Shown in pieces: positions 29,101 through 38,311 of a stretch of 64,000 bases of DNA. The translations under genes were made by a program, and so were the position numbers. The stretch spans positions 1,779-65,778 of IMG/VR virus record IMGVR_UViG_3300009702_001278, one strand, 5' to 3'. A model generated the notes under the pieces. The model made no database searches. It was not told the DNA's origin and saw nothing but the letters and a program-made list of their open reading frames with translations. Source of the stretch: a virus (Duplodnaviria; Caudoviricetes). How positions within the stretch are numbered: position 1 is the stretch's first letter; every line of letters begins with the position of its first letter.

Positions 29101-29858
29101 TTATCAAGCTGATCTATCCGCACCCAGCCTATATCTGTTTTGATAAGAGTATCTTTAGCCAGACACCCATATGCAGAGATAGAGCCTTCTAGCCGTCTTG
29201 CGACCCGATATACTTCCGGGTACTGCTTCATATACCGGGCAAAATCTGAGAAGGTTTCACAAGCATCGTCAACGCAGTTAATTAGAGAGCCATCCTTCTT
29301 CTTAAATGCTGACTGCGACTTAGGTAATGTGTTGAGAATCTCATTCTGTAGTGCATAGTTTCTGCTTTTGTCTGGCTTGGAGCCGGAGTAGTCTATGGAG
29401 TTCTCTGGGTCAAGAATTTCTACAGCCTTGCGAACTGCTGCTTTTGTCTTCAGAGTTAGCGTTGTACCAACGTTGCCAACTCTGTCTTCACCGTACTTCT
29501 GCTGCAAGTACTCAATAATTTCATGGCGTCGAGCATAGTCGAAGTCCATGTCGATATCAGGGAAACCTGCCCGACCATAGGTACGTCGCTTCTCAACCGC
29601 AAACTCACCATTGGGTCGGGCTGTAGTAATCCCTAAAAAGTATGCTACTAGAGAGTTGAGGATATTTTTTCTGCCCGCTTGGATATCACCCTCAGTCAAC
29701 CTCTTGTATATCTCCAACAGATTGTCTACAATGCCCAGGCGTTCCATCTGCTGGAGTTCATCAAACAACCTTTCTTTGTGTTTGTCAAAATCAGGCTTGT
29801 CAGTGATAAACGATATTACCTTTCTTCCTTTTTCACTTAGTTTCATCATCAACCTCAT
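26187..29858 (-). CDS. dnaE: DNA polymerase III alpha, catalytic part, with two inteins
   Basis: FPDIDMDF, G|CHAAGVII, LIKFDVLGL, YRPGP, YQEQVM, YAFNK|SHATSY. Confidence 0.92.
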   Translation of the reverse strand: MRLMMKLSEKGRKVISFITDKPDFDKHKERLFDELQQMERLGIVDNLLEIYKRLTEGDIQAGRKNILNSLVAYFLGITTARPNGEFAVEKRRTYGRAGFPDIDMDFDYARRHEIIEYLQQKYGEDRVGNVGTTLTLKTKAAVRKAVEILDPENSIDYSGSKPDKSRNYALQNEILNTLPKSQSAFKKKDGSLINCVDDACETFSDFARYMKQYPEVYRVARRLEGSISAYGCLAKDTLIKTDIGWVRIDQLDNTCKVAYIDKVGKELYTSDFHPHCTGIKKCYKMRLSKGTWIKVTDEHLIFTDQGCVEFEEIRKNPQKYKVYSVIKCHTIESIEPLEEQEVWDITFKDRDDFYQNEPNFIAQDILVHNCHAAGVIISPIPLEQICPLHITHGATDDDWSKKTVATQFSKEDVESLGLIKFDVLGLSTKTALAMAVKLVKENHGVDVDLSRLPLKDNSTLTLLAKGDTDGCFQAEKTGMKQTFQQIGIDSFDDLIVAIAMYRPGPKDYIPELSDRKTGKHKVEFPHPLLRKITQRTYGIMAYQEQVMQAFMALADLTASDGYMFMKGCAKKKIKIINNFKDQFLRAAIETGVPSGVAKKIWDDMEKFGGYAFNKSLSFSEKIITSENDISIQELYNRKRSGESLPDVYSPEGDPIEIVDVYDHGVIPTWEVEFSDGSKHVCTLDHKFMTNQGIRSLREIVERNLFVMQNWEIKNAKKERLDLPGMSGGVAEPKSVYRTQEKMRRIQTEQKDFCLSRLRAKIHEARALFSQEAVSTMGGNKVSSLFGIERKNIKKILGGNQKRPRKARGIQENSVILGICGDLIQRRRNSSAFLFDEETQRDSQISVPEKQGGNRYRNICSTRNIEGEDRTTQEMAGRKSRGFYNQMRFARNEAKSMALSPRVVSKGCFMPSWFQAFTNHQKQEIYFHFTKKTSGFYRQGSQGSCGIRWAIPFYKSHKQHEVVTKSTKRHRGKRSALSMGVSSCSNVLRCVVISSQKIQTPGVSTTVKHGDVMPGKRSSQANWQKVRVTSIKYAGLNQCYDLEVDSEAHLYCLSSGIVNRNSHATSYAYECWKTAYLKAHYMLEFMASRLSVEAQRRDFDLVSKYEDDLRKHNYKIAPPSLNLSKMHYVKIGERELLRPLIIRDVGDKAAHEIIENQPYKGNDLMFAFANKVGSAVNSKVVEALCDANLFGKDKPKSQLLRDFDTIKNDRKRGLGRQKGDLFAR
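26679..28016 (-). mobile_element. DnaE intein 2 (446 aa) with nested out-of-frame endonuclease gene
   Basis: Starts SLSFSEKI after FNK, block B CTLDHKF, ends CYDLEV...GIVNRN before SHA. Confidence 0.85.
26753..27718 (-). CDS. zinc-finger plus DUF559/Vsr-like endonuclease nested in intein 2
   Basis: Own GGGAG RBS; CLGC..H..C and CPGC..H..C; VDFID...VVEYDGQYH...KD...GYLVVRM. Confidence 0.82.
   Translation of the reverse strand: MPKRKDWICLGCQEVLPNRRVFIEHKRKCEEYKLSKKTFVCPGCEQKFTKRELYSHKKQCQQWEVIKSHHYSESNGKISRKFWEEIKKDPERLAEYKKTVSSSVSAAILSNEEEIHRRSCLMKKLNVTHKSLFQKNRVETAIETSARPEILKARTEQLRKWRVENPEDFIIKCVLPAMRQNQWHSAPELYLKDVLCPLGFKHSQIIKSKKFTSISQRRQVDFIDRDRKVVVEYDGQYHFINHINNTKLLQNQQKDIEVNDQLCQWGYLVVRMSYDVWLSHHKRFKHQEFQRLLNMVMLCPERGVVKLIGKKYGSQVSSMLD
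28752..29165 (-). mobile_element. DnaE mini-intein 1 (138 aa)
   Basis: CLAKDTLI...VTDEHLIF...VWDI...ILVHN followed by Cys. Confidence 0.9.
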
Positions 29859-30903
29859 TCAAATATAACAACTCATTCAGTATTAGTTCAGCACATTCAT
29901 ATGTGGCTACCCGGTATGATATATTGTGGTCGTCTAAGAACGATCTGATCCGTGCCTGAATTTGTAAGGATTCATCCTTAGTCTGATACCTAATGTTATT
30001 CTCGGAATACTCCTGAATTTCAAGTAAGATAATATCATCATATGTCGGTATATCAAACAACACTTCTTTGTAAATCTTCGCCAACTTTAAGGCACTTTTT
30101 TCACAGAAAGGTGTATCATACAACATCTGAGCATATATGAAATTCAAAAAAGTGGGGCAATCTGAAACCACAAAGCCAGCGGTAGATGCATCCTGCTCTC
30201 TTTTGCGTTGTCCATACAGCATAAGCATCTAATCCGCAAATTCTGGATTGCGTCGATACTTCTGAATAAACGAAGTAGCATACTCTGTAACGTGGAAAGC
30301 ATTTCCGTTAAACCTGGTGTTCAAAGCATGTGACAACCATTTGGCAGTTTCAGTCTTTCCACTGCTCGGAGCACCGCAAAATGCTATCTTACGATTAAAG
30401 TAATCCCAAGTGCACATCGGAGACTCTATCAGATTCGTTCCGAAAAGCGTGCGATCAATATCACGAGGAATAGGTATTGAGATCGGTTCACATGCTTCGA
30501 TCTCTAGGAAAGCGACACGCATCGGACGATATACAAAATCCACAGTGATATTATAGGGACGGTCGTAGGGACGTTCAGACGGCACTGTGATACAGAACCT
30601 ATCTTTGCTAACCACTAAATTAGCATTCTGAATCAATATAGTAGCAGCTTCCTCGCTCAAGTCTGCCTCATCTTCAAATCGATGACCATCCCTCTTATCT
30701 CCAGTCTTGCAGGTCAATCGCCATTCATCATCTATGGGAACACCTGCTTCATCAGGTGAGCATTTATGTCGGATACGACACCCTTTGTCATAGTAGTAAT
30801 CTTCTAGATGAAAGTTGTCATCACCTAATTCAATTTTCAACCCCTTGAGAAATTGATGTATCCCCTCATGAGTAAACATAAACGAACGTTCGTGTTCGAT
30901 CAT
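29833..30903 (-). CDS. CYTH-like plus NadR-type (AAA_28) kinase fusion, with in-frame TAG at 30229-30231
   Basis: N-terminal EHERSF; GAPSSGKT, TEYAT, then D*MLMLYGQRKRE...VVSD continues in the same frame. Confidence 0.7.
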
Positions 30904-31916
30904 TTGAATATTCCTCCAAATGCTTGCTTAATACGGTTCTTCGCTGTGCGGTAATACTTCTCTTCCTTCTCTGCTGCATAAGAGTTTGCACCTAGTTTTG
31001 CTGCCACAATACTAGCCATGCAAGTGCCACCAAATGGCTCCCACAGCACCATGCCGCTCTTAATGAACGGCAATAATAATCGTGAGACAACCTCATGTGG
31101 TTTAGCATTGGGATGCCCATTATCTCTTTTAGAACATCGTATTACATTCGTCATACCAATTGGCAATGTAAAATAATACCAATCTCTCATCTCAATACCG
31201 CTTGCCTTAGCTCCCTCCATCGCCTCCATAATTCTCGAAAAGTAGGGAGCACCTCTGGGAGCACCATGTTTGTTAGCATATTCAACCAGCTTCTCTAGCA
31301 TAGGTTGAGGCGGCGGATACCATAAGTGATCCGCAGTCAGATACTTACGAGTCGCTGCATTCTTAACATTACAAGCCTCGTTTGCTCTACTGAATGGCAA
31401 TTCTGTCCTTGCCCATTCGGATCGCAGGTATTCTTGAGCTTCTTGCATAGTGCCTATTGCATAATAAGGTGGTCTACAATAGAAGGCAATCACCTCAGTC
31501 ACAATAGGGAAGGTTCGCTGCGTTTCCGAATTCACTCTGCCTGCTACGTGTGATATACTCTTGTCCCAGACGATCAACTGCTTGTATACCCAGCCATTCT
31601 CTTCTAATACCGGGTGGACAGATGCCCAAGAAATTTCACGACCGCAAAATAACAAAACAGTACGTGACGTGTGCTTCCAATTCTCTATATGAAGACGATA
31701 CCACTCGGCCAACTCCTTGCCATTGACGAAATCCTCGGCAAAAAACTTCAACCCATAGGGGCCATCACAGAATATCACGGATGGCTCAGGCCACTCATTG
31801 TAGCAGTCTTCTGCCTTGCCTAGTGTTAAATTAACCTTACCCATTGACAGTTCCGAATATATCCTTACGCTTCTTCTGATGCTTCTTGCGGTTATTGGGT
31901 GGGATAAACAAATCAC
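30900..31916 (-). CDS. DNA methyltransferase (N6A/N4C, beta class)
   Basis: DGPY, HPNAKP, EPFGGT; likely start ATG 31844. Confidence 0.85.
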   Translation of the reverse strand: MICLSHPITARSIRRSVRIYSELSMGKVNLTLGKAEDCYNEWPEPSVIFCDGPYGLKFFAEDFVNGKELAEWYRLHIENWKHTSRTVLLFCGREISWASVHPVLEENGWVYKQLIVWDKSISHVAGRVNSETQRTFPIVTEVIAFYCRPPYYAIGTMQEAQEYLRSEWARTELPFSRANEACNVKNAATRKYLTADHLWYPPPQPMLEKLVEYANKHGAPRGAPYFSRIMEAMEGAKASGIEMRDWYYFTLPIGMTNVIRCSKRDNGHPNAKPHEVVSRLLLPFIKSGMVLWEPFGGTCMASIVAAKLGANSYAAEKEEKYYRTAKNRIKQAFGGIFK

Positions 31917-32640
31917 CTCTTAGCCGCTTGCGTGATAACTCAACTGCATCAGGATCATTATCAATACCCACATAAGAAACTCCATAAGCTCTGGCTGCCA
32001 TCAGTGATGTACCACTGCCGCAAAATGGGTCTAGTATCAAACCACCCGGATCAACAGAGCATTTAACCATCCTGTTGAAAACTTCGATAGGCTTCTGCCA
32101 TTTATGTCCTAGTTGCCTATCTGTTGGATTACCCGCATTAACTGCTGTCACTTCCCAGACATCTCCAGCTATAGCCCCCAACTTGTTGGGTATCCACCCT
32201 TGTTTCTTATCGTTGTTGCAAGGATATTTTAGCCTTTCGGGGTGCAAATATGGGACTCTAGAAGGATCAATCCGGTGAACAAAGTCGCCTTTAGCAAAAT
32301 ACAGAATAGGGTCGTACTGAATAGCGAACCGCTTTCGCTCTCGCTTGATGGAATTCTTGTAATGCCACACGATAGTATTAAGCCACCGGAATCCAACTCG
32401 CTCTGCCTCATTCCAAAACTCTCGTAAGGTAGCCTGACCCACACACATCATCAGAGCACTATCTGGTTTCAATAACCGATACGCCTCGCCAAGAAAGTCA
32501 GTTGCCACATAATCATCATCATCCCCAGTCACTCCATAAGGAGGGTCTGTCAGAATCGCATCAAACGATTCGTCGGAGAAGGACGGTAGTACATCTGCCC
32601 AGTTGCCTAAGATGACCTCATTAGTCTGCATTGAGTCCAC
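31837..32640 (-). CDS. DNA methyltransferase (N6A/N4C, beta class)
   Basis: TDPPY, HKWQKP, LDPFCGSGT. Confidence 0.9.
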   Translation of the reverse strand: MDSMQTNEVILGNWADVLPSFSDESFDAILTDPPYGVTGDDDDYVATDFLGEAYRLLKPDSALMMCVGQATLREFWNEAERVGFRWLNTIVWHYKNSIKRERKRFAIQYDPILYFAKGDFVHRIDPSRVPYLHPERLKYPCNNDKKQGWIPNKLGAIAGDVWEVTAVNAGNPTDRQLGHKWQKPIEVFNRMVKCSVDPGGLILDPFCGSGTSLMAARAYGVSYVGIDNDPDAVELSRKRLRGDLFIPPNNRKKHQKKRKDIFGTVNG

Positions 32641-32644
32641 CAGA

Positions 32645-34029
32645 TTATTGATACCTATCCGACATTACTGCCACAGGATTAGATTTATCCAGTTCCCCAT
32701 CACTTTTATTCTCTGATTTATGTGTACTATTATATCCGCCGATGCCAAAATCATTCTCAGAGATAAAGTAGGCATCATCAAAACCAAGGAACCGCTCCCA
32801 CAGCAAGTCCTGTTCTATCGGATCAACACCCTCGGTAATACCCAAGCACTTCAAAAGTAGCGAGCCATATCCAGACCCACGAATGCCTGCTGCAATCTTG
32901 TTTTCTTTGGCAAACCGCATCACATCTTCAACAATCAGAAAATAAGTTGCGAAATCAAACCGTTTAGTATCCCATATGAGTGTGACATCATCTAGCTCTC
33001 TGGATAAACGATCACGATGAGGCTTCGACTGATCTAGGCCCTCTCTCTTCAATCCCGCCCAGGCCAACTTCTTCAGATAGTTCAGAGGGTCGAATTCGCC
33101 TTCTGGTAAGTCGAATATCGGCAGCCGCATCGAGCCAAAGACAATGTCAGAGTAGTCGCATTTGTCAGCGATCTCAAGAGTATTGTACATTGACTGACGA
33201 CAATGCTTGAAGAACCTCAGCATCTCTTCTTCAGACTTCAGATAGAATTCATTAAACGGAAACTTCATTCGCTTCGGATCACGAATGGATCGCTTACTGC
33301 TCATACACATCAAATATTCGTGAAACTCTGCATCATCTTTATTGATATAGTGGCAGTCGTTGGTCACAATAGTCTTGATACCAAGCTCTTTGCTAATCCG
33401 TTGGATGCCGGGAAGTACCTTGGCTTCTAAATCTATTCCGTGGAACATCATCTCCAGATAATAGTCATCACCAAAGATGTCTTGGAATATGCCCGCAGCC
33501 TGTTTTGCTGCATCGTATCTATCGCAAGAGAGATGCCAGTTAACCACGTTGCTCAGGCAAGCCGACGTTACAATCAGACCTTCCTTGTGCTGTTCAAGCA
33601 ATTCTAGGTCGATACGTGGATCATAATACGTGCCATCCAGGGATGACTTCTGAGCCAAAGCACAAAGATTTTGATATCCCTTATAGTTCTTCGCTATCAC
33701 GTTGAGATGACGATTACCACGCCTGCCATCAGGTTGACCCCCCTTGGAGTGGCAGTGGTGATCTCTGCATAGATATGCCTCCACACCCAAGATTGGTTTA
33801 ATGCCTTGAGTACGGCACTCTTTCAGGAACACAATAATACCTGCTATTGTGCCATGATCTGTCAGTCCTAATGCGGGCATTCCCATCTCTTTGGCTTTCT
33901 TCACCATACCTTTGACAGATGAGAAGCCATCGAATTTACTGTACTGAACACTCCAGTAGATACTCCCCTACCCAAAAGGCAGGGGAGCAGCTACTGTGAG
34001 TGATTATGGATTTGTATAAAATCGCTCAT
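32645..34029 (-). CDS. dnaE: DNA polymerase III alpha N-terminal (PHP) part, interrupted by a 50-nt insert
   Basis: Removing 33944-33993 gives MSDFIQIHNHSQYSKFDG...LTDHG...GVEAY...TNDCHY; AAGGAG RBS at 34041-34046. Confidence 0.88.
33944..33993 (-). other. 50-nt hairpin insert; candidate translational bypass element
   Basis: CAG|TAG...GGAG-TGTT-CAG|TAC with a 23-bp stem spanning 33949-34002. Confidence 0.65.
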
Positions 34030-34095
34030 AACCACTAGGTCTCCTTATGGGGTTTTAGTTTGCGTTTGCGTTTACGAGTTTCCTACAAAATTTTC

Positions 34096-34530
34096 TCATT
34101 TGATACAGTGCCAATCTTCTGCTGTCACCATAACTTGCACCCCTGCTCGCTCTGCTTCTTTGGCTAAGGCTAACAACTTTGTGACAACTTCCTTACTCAT
34201 CCAACCATCGCACGGAAAGAAATCCGAGTTATACCTCGTAAGTGCTATTTGCTTCGACGCCCAATTTTCGATATATGTTACGGTGGACTCAAATGTATAG
34301 GGCTTGTACTTATCAGGCCATCGTCGCATCAACAGTTTGAACCACCATCTGTTATTCAGATTGGTTTGCTCATCTTCGATGTACGCTCGCCGTTTCTTCT
34401 CGCAAATCGACTCAATGCGATCTATAGTTCGAGTGCATACTTCAATCACCCGAGCGGGCTGCATAGCAATAAAAGAAACGTGTTTGGTTTCTGAGTTGTT
34501 TTGCGACAGACATATAGGAAACATTCTCAA
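34096..34530 (-). CDS. hypothetical protein
   Basis: 144-aa ORF downstream of a TTGTATAAT motif. Confidence 0.55.
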   Translation of the reverse strand: MRMFPICLSQNNSETKHVSFIAMQPARVIEVCTRTIDRIESICEKKRRAYIEDEQTNLNNRWWFKLLMRRWPDKYKPYTFESTVTYIENWASKQIALTRYNSDFFPCDGWMSKEVVTKLLALAKEAERAGVQVMVTAEDWHCIK

Positions 34531-34546
34531 TCCTTATGCGTAGATG

Positions 34547-34555
34547 ATTATACAA
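34547..34555 (-). promoter_or_regulatory. putative TTGTATAAT promoter element
   Basis: Intergenic recurring 9-mer. Confidence 0.5.
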
Positions 34556-34557
34556 TA

Positions 34558-34911
34558 TCAATCTTCATCCAGATCACCCGCTTCTAGCAGATTCCATCGA
34601 TTTATGTTGGGTTTCAGAACAGCTAGTATCTGGTCAACGGTTATCATCTCTAAACTCAGAATGTCAACATACCTGGCTGTGCGCTTCAGGGTCGAAGATG
34701 AAGTGAAAGTGACATAGCTAAACTTCTCATCAGCGATGTTTTTGACCCGCACTTTTTTGTAACAGAGTATGCCATTCGTGTCCTGAATCTGCATAGAACA
34801 GGTTAGTTCGTGATTGTAGATGACTTCAAGAATTGCCTTGATATCCTCCAGTTCGGTGATGTCAGAATCAGCGACCTTCGATATGGTCTTCTTATAGCAC
34901 TTATATTTCAT
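34558..34911 (-). CDS. hypothetical protein
   Basis: 117-aa coupled ORF. Confidence 0.6.
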   Translation of the reverse strand: MKYKCYKKTISKVADSDITELEDIKAILEVIYNHELTCSMQIQDTNGILCYKKVRVKNIADEKFSYVTFTSSSTLKRTARYVDILSLEMITVDQILAVLKPNINRWNLLEAGDLDED

Positions 34912-35297
34912 TGTACTTTGTTCTTGAAGACATTCTTCACGTAGCTGCGATATGATGCTTCGTCTTTCAGCTTTTTGTTAACCTTCTTCGCAACTTTCTT
35001 CCTAACTTGAGCTTCTTCTGGAGAAACGGATTGCTCAGAAACGGTGGGTGCCTTACTGTGACCATCAGCAGGTGTAACCCGATGACGAACCCCGTTCTTA
35101 TCACGCCAGAACTTGGCCTGTTGTATATCAGAGTATTGGTTAGCTTCTCTCCCCTTCATTATTACCGCGCCACCAGTGGAAAGCAAGCGAGAAATTTTGC
35201 CTCCACAATTAGGGCAAATTTTCCAGGCGTCATCCATAATGGAATGAGAGATTTCTATCGGACCACAATTGTCGCACTCATAATCATAGGTTGGCAT
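34908..35297 (-). CDS. FmdB-family zinc-ribbon protein
   Basis: MPTYDYECDNCG...CPNCGG..RLLS. Confidence 0.8.
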   Translation of the reverse strand: MPTYDYECDNCGPIEISHSIMDDAWKICPNCGGKISRLLSTGGAVIMKGREANQYSDIQQAKFWRDKNGVRHRVTPADGHSKAPTVSEQSVSPEEAQVRKKVAKKVNKKLKDEASYRSYVKNVFKNKVQ

Positions 35298-35314
35298 AGG
35301 TCACCAAGATCATC

Positions 35315-36199
35315 TTAAAAATCATCATCTAAATCGAGCATGTTCACTCTCTGCCCTGGATCATCTGTAGGCTGAACATTGCCATGCAGGGCTGTATGCC
35401 CATACTTCTGATATAGGTCAATCATCTTGGCGGCTCGATCCTTTGCCTCTTGGACCACAATGGGCACTAACTCATCTGCACTGGCATTCATGATTCGCTT
35501 GATCTTGGATCGAAATTCTTTAGGAGCACATTCCTCACGATCAGGTATCTTTACTCCCAGAGATGCAAAAACCTTCAACATACACGACCGATCCGATAGT
35601 ACATCACTAACACAGAAGGGCAGAAAGATTGAGTCAATTACTTCATCATCTGACATACCTTTGGAACGATAATATGGCATACAGTTAGTATAGACAAACT
35701 CTTCCTCAGCCATCCGATATTTAATGCCCCCACCAACTGATTCATACCATTTCAAACGAGCGCCACCCATACCTCTCACTCTGTGCGACACGGCGTGCAG
35801 CAGTTCGTAAACAACAACATCTTCTGTTGCCATTTCAGAGGAAGCTACTTCATTCATCTTCTGACTGAATTTACCCTTACCTGAGCTATGAGACGTGATA
35901 CGATCTTTGACTAGAATGAGACGTAATTCATCTATATAGCAACCACCACATTCCTCGAAACCATTCCTTTTCATCACTTCAGGAGTGGTTTCGTAAATCT
36001 TGATATCAGATACATCTACATTAGGAAAGGTATCAGTAATGAACTGATGTATGTCAGGCCAGTCTGCAATCGATTTGCGAGCAGTATCGGGATGCTTAAC
36101 AATGCGGTTAACTTGAGTCTCAAGCTCACGCATCATTTGTTTGCGGATACGATCTCGCTCACGCTTCGCTTGGCTTCTAATTACGCCCCACTTATACAT
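35315..36199 (-). CDS. hypothetical protein with degenerate zincin motif
   Basis: GGCY...VVVYELLHAVSH (YExxH where HExxH is expected). Confidence 0.55.
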   Translation of the reverse strand: MYKWGVIRSQAKRERDRIRKQMMRELETQVNRIVKHPDTARKSIADWPDIHQFITDTFPNVDVSDIKIYETTPEVMKRNGFEECGGCYIDELRLILVKDRITSHSSGKGKFSQKMNEVASSEMATEDVVVYELLHAVSHRVRGMGGARLKWYESVGGGIKYRMAEEEFVYTNCMPYYRSKGMSDDEVIDSIFLPFCVSDVLSDRSCMLKVFASLGVKIPDREECAPKEFRSKIKRIMNASADELVPIVVQEAKDRAAKMIDLYQKYGHTALHGNVQPTDDPGQRVNMLDLDDDF

Positions 36200-36419
36200 C
36201 TTGTTCCCCTATGTAGCCCTTGCAAGCAACGACCATACGTACTTGGTTGTTCACGACCCAGAGGCGAAAATTCTTATTCTTACCCAAGACTGATACCGTC
36301 TGTTCTTTGATAGGGTTAGTGCAGTCCGGGCACCGACAGTCATTACATAGGGGCTCCTGTACTCCAATAGGGTTCACCATGAGTTTGTCCGCAGGTACTA
36401 AGTGACACTCATAATCCAT
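36192..36419 (-). CDS. small Cys-rich hypothetical protein
   Basis: CNDCRCPDC; coupled ORF. Confidence 0.55.
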   Translation of the reverse strand: MDYECHLVPADKLMVNPIGVQEPLCNDCRCPDCTNPIKEQTVSVLGKNKNFRLWVVNNQVRMVVACKGYIGEQDV

Positions 36420-37090
36420 CAGATGATATCCTCAGCAGCGGGTACATCCTTCTTGAACTTCGGTCGCGCATGTCCACCCACTCTACCAGGAGCCATTGGG
36501 CGAGGCATCGTTTCTCTCATTTTAGCCTCTTTTTGCCATTCTGACAAGTCATGTTGAGATTGGTCCATCTGCCACCTCTCTGGAGTATCAGGAGCTGGCT
36601 CGGCGGCCGCTTCGGGGTCCAGGCCACTTCGGAATTGAGTAAAATCTTGCACCACAGCGCCAGTCCCCGGTGCAGGAGTAAAAGACTGTATTGGCTCTAC
36701 TGATTCATCGCTATTAGCCATTGTCTTATCCACCTGCTGTTGAATTGTGTTGCTTTGTTCAAGCCCTCGATGATCGACAATTTGTGGCCCATGCAGGAAC
36801 CGGCGATCTACTCCCGAAAATGTAACTGGATTCTTGCCAGTCATCTGTCGGTAGGCGTCACCTACTTCCAGAAGCATATCACAGTCAATTGTAAACGGTT
36901 CGTTATCACATTTGATTATTTCCTCTTCGCCATCGTCGTTCTTTTGCTTGGTGCTGATATGTTGGCATTGGACGTAAGAACGGTCACCACCAGAGTCAGC
37001 GATGGTAATTTCCCAAATGTCCCCGTCAGGGCTTTCATATTCAAGGACAGCTTTCTTTAGTATAGATTTTTCTTTAATAGGCATCTTCAT
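36419..37090 (-). CDS. hypothetical protein
   Basis: 223-aa ORF with GGAGG RBS. Confidence 0.6.
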   Translation of the reverse strand: MKMPIKEKSILKKAVLEYESPDGDIWEITIADSGGDRSYVQCQHISTKQKNDDGEEEIIKCDNEPFTIDCDMLLEVGDAYRQMTGKNPVTFSGVDRRFLHGPQIVDHRGLEQSNTIQQQVDKTMANSDESVEPIQSFTPAPGTGAVVQDFTQFRSGLDPEAAAEPAPDTPERWQMDQSQHDLSEWQKEAKMRETMPRPMAPGRVGGHARPKFKKDVPAAEDII

Positions 37091-37523
37091 TATCCTCCTC
37101 TAGTTGCTCCATCTGGTATGCTTCGTTCATTCTTTCCATATTTGCCCCCTCGTGTTTCTTCAAAACATCACTTGTAATGAGACCAATATAAAAGATACGT
37201 ATCCAGAAATCAAACTCCTGAGGCGTGTCAAGTAAATCACTTCTAACAATCGGGGTTTGCCACCCATTCAGTTCACACCACTCCTTCAGAAAACGCAGAT
37301 CATCATCCGGGGCTTCCATAGTAAGTGGGTGAGTTGTTGCTGCTATATGGACTTTGCCATCATTCCAGAAACGAAGAGTAAAGGTGCTGGCAATCGTCGG
37401 GGTAACCACAGATGCTTCTGAACTTAACATCCAAACTGGAGGGCCTTCCTTCTCCATTATCTCCCTCACCTGACGATAATTACCATTACCCTCTCTTAAA
37501 GTTAAGTCAGAAAACTCTATCAT
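37074..37523 (-). CDS. hypothetical protein
   Basis: 149-aa coupled ORF. Confidence 0.6.
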   Translation of the reverse strand: MIEFSDLTLREGNGNYRQVREIMEKEGPPVWMLSSEASVVTPTIASTFTLRFWNDGKVHIAATTHPLTMEAPDDDLRFLKEWCELNGWQTPIVRSDLLDTPQEFDFWIRIFYIGLITSDVLKKHEGANMERMNEAYQMEQLEEDNEDAY

Positions 37524-38311
37524 AATACCGTAGCAAAACGCAATATTCCATTTTCAGATGCAATGTTCAATGCCTTCTCTCGACGCCATTCTTCCACTGA
37601 CATATCCATGCGAGGATCGTCATTCACCACTTCGGTCCATGTCGTTGCAATCTTCTTGATGTCATTCGCAAAGTCTTCAACGATATAAAACTTGTCGTCA
37701 TCATTCTGACACCTCAATACATACGACGGATGATAGGTCGCTATAGACCAGACTCTATACTTGTCAAGAAATTTCCAACTACCTCTGTGAGCACCAATTC
37801 CTGTATCACCTCTGACATAATCCAGAGCTTTTGCCCCCAAAGTAACGACGACCTTGGGCTGAACAATCTCGATTTCTTTCCGTAACCAGTTAGTTGCACA
37901 GAAGTTGATAATCTCACGAGCCTTGACGGTTTTTCCTGCCCGTTTTCCTTCTCGAATCACGTAGGGACCATCTGAATCCCTCGGAAAAACGTTATTTTGA
38001 GGTCTACAAGCCAAGACGTTGCTAATCAGGGTATTTGTCCGATCAAACGTCTTGGCGAATTTACGAAGCTCCTGGCGCAATCTCTGGCCTGCTCGATCTA
38101 TAAATGGTCGCACCTGCTGTACTTCATCTGCCCCTCCCCCTTCGCCCACAAACATGAAAATAGGGTTACACCCGTTCCCTTCTGATTGTACCACTTGTCG
38201 ATAGTGAGAGAAAATTGAACATTTCTCACATTGAGATTTTTGCACACAAAACCGTCTGTATGCAGCCGAAGTTTTAGTAAAATTACGCTCAATAATTTTA
38301 TCTAAGTCCAT
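37520..38311 (-). CDS. uracil-DNA glycosylase family 4
   Basis: CEKC, FVGEGGG, RPF..RAG, NVLACRP, VVTLG, TYHPSY. Confidence 0.88.
   Translation of the reverse strand: MDLDKIIERNFTKTSAAYRRFCVQKSQCEKCSIFSHYRQVVQSEGNGCNPIFMFVGEGGGADEVQQVRPFIDRAGQRLRQELRKFAKTFDRTNTLISNVLACRPQNNVFPRDSDGPYVIREGKRAGKTVKAREIINFCATNWLRKEIEIVQPKVVVTLGAKALDYVRGDTGIGAHRGSWKFLDKYRVWSIATYHPSYVLRCQNDDDKFYIVEDFANDIKKIATTWTEVVNDDPRMDMSVEEWRREKALNIASENGILRFATVL

Noticed and set aside
33944-33993. Group I or II intron in dnaE
   Set aside because: Far too short for a catalytic core, and no register gives both an exon-terminal U and an intron-terminal G; a remnant of a larger element cannot be excluded
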